A stretch of 64,000 nt of DNA, taken from the NCBI GenBank assembly GCA_048887225.1, contig JBHLJY010000002.1:32001-96000 (forward strand). The letters are read 5' to 3'. The notes beneath the pieces were generated by a model. That model saw only the letters and a list, made by a program, of their open reading frames with translations. It was not told where the DNA came from and searched no databases. The position numbers and the translations under genes were made by a program. Within the stretch, counting starts at the first letter, position 1; every line of letters starts with the position of its first letter. This document shows, piece by piece, positions 60,093 to 64,000 of this stretch. This DNA comes from Candidatus Hodarchaeota archaeon (GTDB lineage Archaea > Asgardarchaeota > Lokiarchaeia > Sigyniarchaeales > SOKP01).

Positions 60093-61502
60093 TTGAAGAT
60101 GTTAAAAAAAAATATAATATTTAGTCTGATACTATTTTCTACCCTCATAACAACAAGCTTGCTATGTGCTCTTGCTCCAGAAACCGCTCCAAATCTTAGC
60201 AATCAGAGCGATAATACCTTAAATGCGATATCTCGTCCAAAGTCAAGCGCAGCGAAAGTTACGGAAAAGTGGTATAATGATGACGCTCCAATTGATATAA
60301 AACAAGTTGTAATCTCTGCCGATGGGAAGTATATTGCGGCATCGTATGTATCTTCCAGGAATGTGACGCTATTTCACAGGGATAGTAATTCATCTATATG
60401 GGAATTTGAAGCGGCCGCTAATATTGATGAAATTGCAATATCATGGAATGGATCTTATATCGTCGCATGCGATGATACTAATGTCTATTTATTGAATAGT
60501 ACTGCAGAAAATCCAAAAACAACGATGTGGAATTTTACTTATATCAGTAACAGAGATTATTCTGTAGATATTTCTTTGGATGGAAGGTATATTGCAGTCG
60601 GAATTGCAGAAGATGGGATGGGTGTATATTTATTGAATAATTCCTATTCTTCTCAAAACAAAAAAGAAGTATGGCACCAAGTTTATTCTGGTCCAACGCC
60701 TCATCCAAATCATGTAACAATCTCGGGGGATGGTAACTATACTGTAATTGGGGGCAATGGTAATCCGTGGGTTGATGTATATAACGAAACAAAAATCAAT
60801 CCAAAACCAAGAGAATGGAGATATGATACGACAGCAGCGATCCAGGATGTTGAGATATCACATTCGGGAGATTATTTCATTGCAGCTAATAATGACTGGG
60901 AGGTATATTTATTTAATACGACAGATTATCTAGGAATTCCGGTGTGGAACTTCACTGAAACGGCGGGTTTCAAGGGTATGGCGATATCTGCCGATGGAAA
61001 CTATAGCGTTGTAGCGTTTGGAAAATCCGTTTATTATTTCAATAATACATTCTCTGGTGTAAATTCGCAAAAGCAGCCGCATTGGGTGTTTAACACAGAT
61101 ACTACGGTCAGAGATCTGGATATTTCGGGAGATGGCAAATATGTTGTGGTCGCAACACAGAGCATGGGTACTCTTTATCTCCTGAATGATATAAAGATAA
61201 CACCAAAAACAGAAATATGGAAGGGATATGAAGACGATAAGGTTAACGATGTTTCAATTAGTGGATTTGGAGATTATTTCGCAGCAGGAATGAACTTACC
61301 AGGTCACGATCGAATTAGCTTATTTCATCATGATATATCAATACCAAGTATACCTCCTGGACTTCTCCCGGGGGACGATGATGACGATGACGATGAAGAA
61401 GCTATAATTCCATTCGGAAATTATTATCTTCTATTTGCGCTTCTTGCTATGCTCTCTTTAATTGTAATTATGAAGCGAAAAGCAATTTTTAAAGAGTTAT
61501 AA
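60093..61502 (+). CDS. Secreted beta-propeller (WD40-like) surface protein with poly-Asp linker and C-terminal IPFG-TM-basic anchor
   Basis: Signal peptide; seven (V/M)xISxDGxY repeats preceded by W; DDDDDDDEE; IPFGNYYLLFALLAMLSLIVIMKRK. Confidence 0.85.
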   Translation: MKMLKKNIIFSLILFSTLITTSLLCALAPETAPNLSNQSDNTLNAISRPKSSAAKVTEKWYNDDAPIDIKQVVISADGKYIAASYVSSRNVTLFHRDSNSSIWEFEAAANIDEIAISWNGSYIVACDDTNVYLLNSTAENPKTTMWNFTYISNRDYSVDISLDGRYIAVGIAEDGMGVYLLNNSYSSQNKKEVWHQVYSGPTPHPNHVTISGDGNYTVIGGNGNPWVDVYNETKINPKPREWRYDTTAAIQDVEISHSGDYFIAANNDWEVYLFNTTDYLGIPVWNFTETAGFKGMAISADGNYSVVAFGKSVYYFNNTFSGVNSQKQPHWVFNTDTTVRDLDISGDGKYVVVATQSMGTLYLLNDIKITPKTEIWKGYEDDKVNDVSISGFGDYFAAGMNLPGHDRISLFHHDISIPSIPPGLLPGDDDDDDDEEAIIPFGNYYLLFALLAMLSLIVIMKRKAIFKEL

Positions 61503-61684
61503 TATTACTTTTTTTCTTTTTATTTAGTTTGTGATTTATTATTAAAACTAAAAAATTAGATAGAAGGGTAAAAATAGTCTTAAAGAACAAAATGTAACAA
61601 TATCAATTACATATAATTATTATTGTATAGAGTAAAAATTATAATTATTTTTTTATCCTGAATATAATGAGAATTTTTTAGAGT

Positions 61685-62089
61685 TTACTTATTTTTTTGT
61701 TTTGAATTTGAAGGTCCTAAAGTGGTAGATGCAACTGTTGTATTATTTTGTAAATTTCTTATATAATCTGGCACTTGATAATTCTTAAATCTCTTTAAGG
61801 TATCATTGATATCATCTAACTTCCACAATAAATTCCGTTCAAATTCATTTAATTTCTCTACAAGGCTATTTTTATCATTACCAATTAGATTTTCGGCAGA
61901 TCTTTTCCAGGATTCTTTCTCTAAGATTTTTTTTAGTTTCTCAGTATTTCTTTTTTCTTTTGGTTTTTGTAAATGCTTTCTAATTCTATATTTCTTAATT
62001 CCATCAAAAAGATATTTGATACCTGCGATTGAAATTATAATTGTAAATATTAAACCAATAATTTCAAAAATTAATTGAATTTGGTCCAT
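61685..62089 (-). CDS. Single N-terminal TM hypothetical protein
   Basis: Hydrophobic residues 5-25 followed by a charged helical tail. Confidence 0.5.
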   Translation of the reverse strand: MDQIQLIFEIIGLIFTIIISIAGIKYLFDGIKKYRIRKHLQKPKEKRNTEKLKKILEKESWKRSAENLIGNDKNSLVEKLNEFERNLLWKLDDINDTLKRFKNYQVPDYIRNLQNNTTVASTTLGPSNSKQKNK

Positions 62090-62287
62090 ATTATTTATAT
62101 TCTTTTTTAATTATTTTAAAGTCAATAGGATTCAGGTTTACTAATTTTTTCTATGTAATAGTCATTTAACTCGTTGTTTGTTAAGCTCTTAGCTTCAAAT
62201 TAGAATTTAATAACATTTTTATAATTAGTATCTTAGATTTAAGAATATACTATTAAAAAGTTTTGATAAAAATTTGGAGTTGATTCT

Positions 62288-62539
62288 GTGGGAGGATTTA
62301 TGGTATTTAATTTGACTAAGAGGAAATTGATTTCTATGGTTTTTGCATTCGGTGTTGTAATTGTTATTTGGATTATCTTATATTTTATGGGTTGTAGTAT
62401 TGGTACTAATATGATTAATCCAGCGACATTCATTGATGCTCTAATAAGTTTTATTATTCTCTTAGTGATTTATATCGTTGTTTATTGTTTCTTTTATTAC
62501 GTGATTTTTAGGAAAGTAGAGAAAACCGCTGTTGTGTAA
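62288..62539 (+). CDS. Small two-TM membrane protein
   Basis: Two hydrophobic helices; GGAGG precedes the ATG at 62300, which may be the true start. Confidence 0.6.
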   Translation: MGGFMVFNLTKRKLISMVFAFGVVIVIWIILYFMGCSIGTNMINPATFIDALISFIILLVIYIVVYCFFYYVIFRKVEKTAVV

Positions 62540-62672
62540 GCGAAAGTTTTATTAATATTTTATTTAATTTTTTTTCTTTTTATTATTCTTTGGATAAAAA
62601 GTAGATTATTATATCAATAAAACCAAGAGTCAGGCATCTGTATCTTAAAGATCTTTTTTTGAAAATGATACT

Positions 62673-62732
62673 AAATTATCTATTTAGTTCAAGATATAAG
62701 AGAGAAATGAAAAAAAAGAAGAATTTAAAATT
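62673..62732. repeat. Intergenic module copy D (right part only)
   Basis: aaattatctatttagttcaagatataagagagaaatgaaaaaaaagaagaatttaaaatt. Confidence 0.88.
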
Positions 62733-62767
62733 ATTATTCAAATTAGGATTTTATATTTTAGTGTTTA

Positions 62768-63094
62768 TTAAAACTCTGGAGCCTTCATCCCCAGCATTCC
62801 CATGGCTTCTACTACACTATACCAAACTTCTATTTTATATTTAAATCCTTCGATGTCATGGTACATCACCATGGATTCCTGAAGACGTACCATAAATTCG
62901 TCCATTTTTCCTGGTTTCGGTTCTGTTATTCCCATGGTTGTAATACCATCTTCTTTTGATCTTATGGCGCCCTGAAATATTTGTTTTTCTAGAGTTTTAT
63001 CGACCGGATATTTTTTCACAACTTCAAGATATATTTTTGCAACCTCTCTAGATTTATTAGCTGGAAAGGTTGACGTTACCATTACATAAGGCAT
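62768..63094 (-). CDS. Small alpha/beta protein, family B paralog 2
   Basis: MPYVMVTSTFP..EVAKIY...PGKMDE...IEGFKYKIEVWYSVVEAMGMLGMKAP; GAGGTG RBS precedes the ATG at 63094. Confidence 0.82.
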   Translation of the reverse strand: MPYVMVTSTFPANKSREVAKIYLEVVKKYPVDKTLEKQIFQGAIRSKEDGITTMGITEPKPGKMDEFMVRLQESMVMYHDIEGFKYKIEVWYSVVEAMGMLGMKAPEF

Positions 63095-63132
63095 GTTATC
63101 CACCTCTAATTTTTATTTTATTTTTAATTGGA

Positions 63133-63288
63133 TTATTAGATATTTCAACCATAAATTTATGGATTAAGAAAAAAATTGACAATTAAGTATTTAACATTTT
63201 TGTTAAAAGGTGATTTAGAATAAAAATCAAGAAATTATCTATTTAGTTCAAGATATAAGATAGAAATGAGAAAAAAAAAATTGAATTA
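63133..63288. repeat. Intergenic module copy E
   Basis: ttattagatatttcaaccataaat...atttagttcaagatataaga(63241-63260)tagaaatga. Confidence 0.9.
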
Positions 63289-63312
63289 AGTTTTTTAGAT
63301 TTTTTTTCTACT

Positions 63313-63720
63313 CTACTTTCCCTCTTGCAAGTAGAAATAGATATCAACAATGATTAGCACTATAACTACTACATTATCAAACCATTGGCTTGCTAGATTG
63401 ACTGCTGAACGGGGTACACTGATCGTCATTATTAAATTTATTATAAGCACTATTATGAGCCATACGATCGCAAATTCCCAAAATATTTTTGAACTCTCCC
63501 ATTCTGCTCTCATTATCATAATCACGGCAAAGATTCCAAGAGCTATAGCAGTTCCCCCAAAAATCCGCCACATATGTGGATCAAAATGAGGCGAATCATT
63601 TAAAGTAGCAATAATCTCTGGAATAACCAAATACATAAATCCATATATAAAAGCTGCGATTACATTGATTATTATAACAATTTTCATATTTTTTGATATT
63701 TCTGCCATTGAATTTATCAT
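63313..63720 (-). CDS. Four-TM membrane protein, family A paralog 2
   Basis: MAEISK..IINVIAAFIY..RIFGGT..WEFAIVW; start may be the ATG at 63708. Confidence 0.8.
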   Translation of the reverse strand: MINSMAEISKNMKIVIIINVIAAFIYGFMYLVIPEIIATLNDSPHFDPHMWRIFGGTAIALGIFAVIMIMRAEWESSKIFWEFAIVWLIIVLIINLIMTISVPRSAVNLASQWFDNVVVIVLIIVDIYFYLQEGK

Positions 63721-63754
63721 CTCTTATCTTTTTATATATATCAGATCTATTTTT

Positions 63755-63922
63755 TTATTAGATATTTCACCCCATAAAGTTATGGAGTAAGTAATAAATT
63801 GACAAATTAGTATTTAAATATTCTACATTTTTGTAATAGGCAATTTAGAAAGAAAATCAAGAAATTATGGATTTAGTTCAAGATATAAGATAGAAATGAA
63901 AAAAAAGAAGAATTTAAAATTT
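63755..63922. repeat. Intergenic module copy F
   Basis: ttattagatatttcaccccataaag...atttagttcaagatataaga(63871-63890)tagaaatgaaaaaaaagaagaattt. Confidence 0.9.
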
Positions 63923-63949
63923 TAAACTTTTCATACGAAGATATTGCTA

Positions 63950-64000
63950 TTAAGGTGCTTTTAGTCCTACGAAAGGCATGGCTTCAGCTAAATCATAAGC
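63950..64000 (-). CDS. 3' end of a third family B paralog (truncated by window edge)
   Basis: Minus strand reads AYDLAEAMPFVGLKAP*, matching WYSVVEAMGMLGMKAP of 62768-63094. Confidence 0.7.
   Translation of the reverse strand, partial: AYDLAEAMPFVGLKAP

Noticed and set aside
62659-62844. 61-aa plus-strand ORF
   Set aside because: It runs through repeat copy D and is antisense to the family B gene.
997-63589. Short overlapping ORF-track entries (e.g. 997-1215, 4898-5242, 5934-6248, 28719-29054, 31082-31885, 52424-52951, 57185-57457, 63350-63589)
   Set aside because: Antisense or alternate-frame shadows of well-supported genes, with no independent motifs.
58726-63922. CRISPR array or classical integron attC sites
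   Set aside because: The intervals are whole genes of irregular length, there are no cas genes or integrase in the window, and I could not see an attC-like long palindrome.
1-64000. tRNA, rRNA or IS/transposase genes
   Set aside because: No GC-rich structured RNA segments or transposase motifs were seen by eye; small RNAs could have been missed without a covariance search.

Overview
AT-rich archaeal chromosomal window that looks like Asgard archaea (Lokiarchaeia-like). That assignment rests on archaeal information-processing genes, several small Arf/Rag-type GTPases, a stand-alone EF-2 with an altered diphthamide loop, an LRR protein and a large alpha-solenoid protein. Bases 1-54,500 are mostly housekeeping genes: uS7, pyrB, eL42/eS27, PCNA, PriL/PriS/GINS, Nop10/aIF2a, EF-1a, Csl4/RpoL, enolase, RFC, TruA, AglB, UvrBA, aIF5B, CCA enzyme, EF-2, ApgM, Taw1 and TFB. 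Main finding: the acetyl-CoA synthetase gene (56603-58642) is not a pseudogene. It carries two 30-nt stop-containing inserts inside conserved AMP-binding motifs, and both fold into bulge-helix-bulge-type structures whose predicted cleavage exactly restores GEPINPEAW and DTYWQTETG, so they are candidate tRNA-type micro-introns in an mRNA. Divergent from acs is a CoA-transferase-GNAT fusion lacking the catalytic Glu, a candidate acyl-CoA-sensing Acs acetyltransferase. From 58.7 kb to the end is an array of small paralogous genes separated by six copies of a conserved intergenic module with an invariant 20-bp core. Other oddities are an HTH-ATP-cone-dead-NrdD fusion, a Taw1 with an inserted winged-helix domain, and genes that appear to start at ATA/ATT. 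All calls come from motif recognition by eye; no database searches were run.
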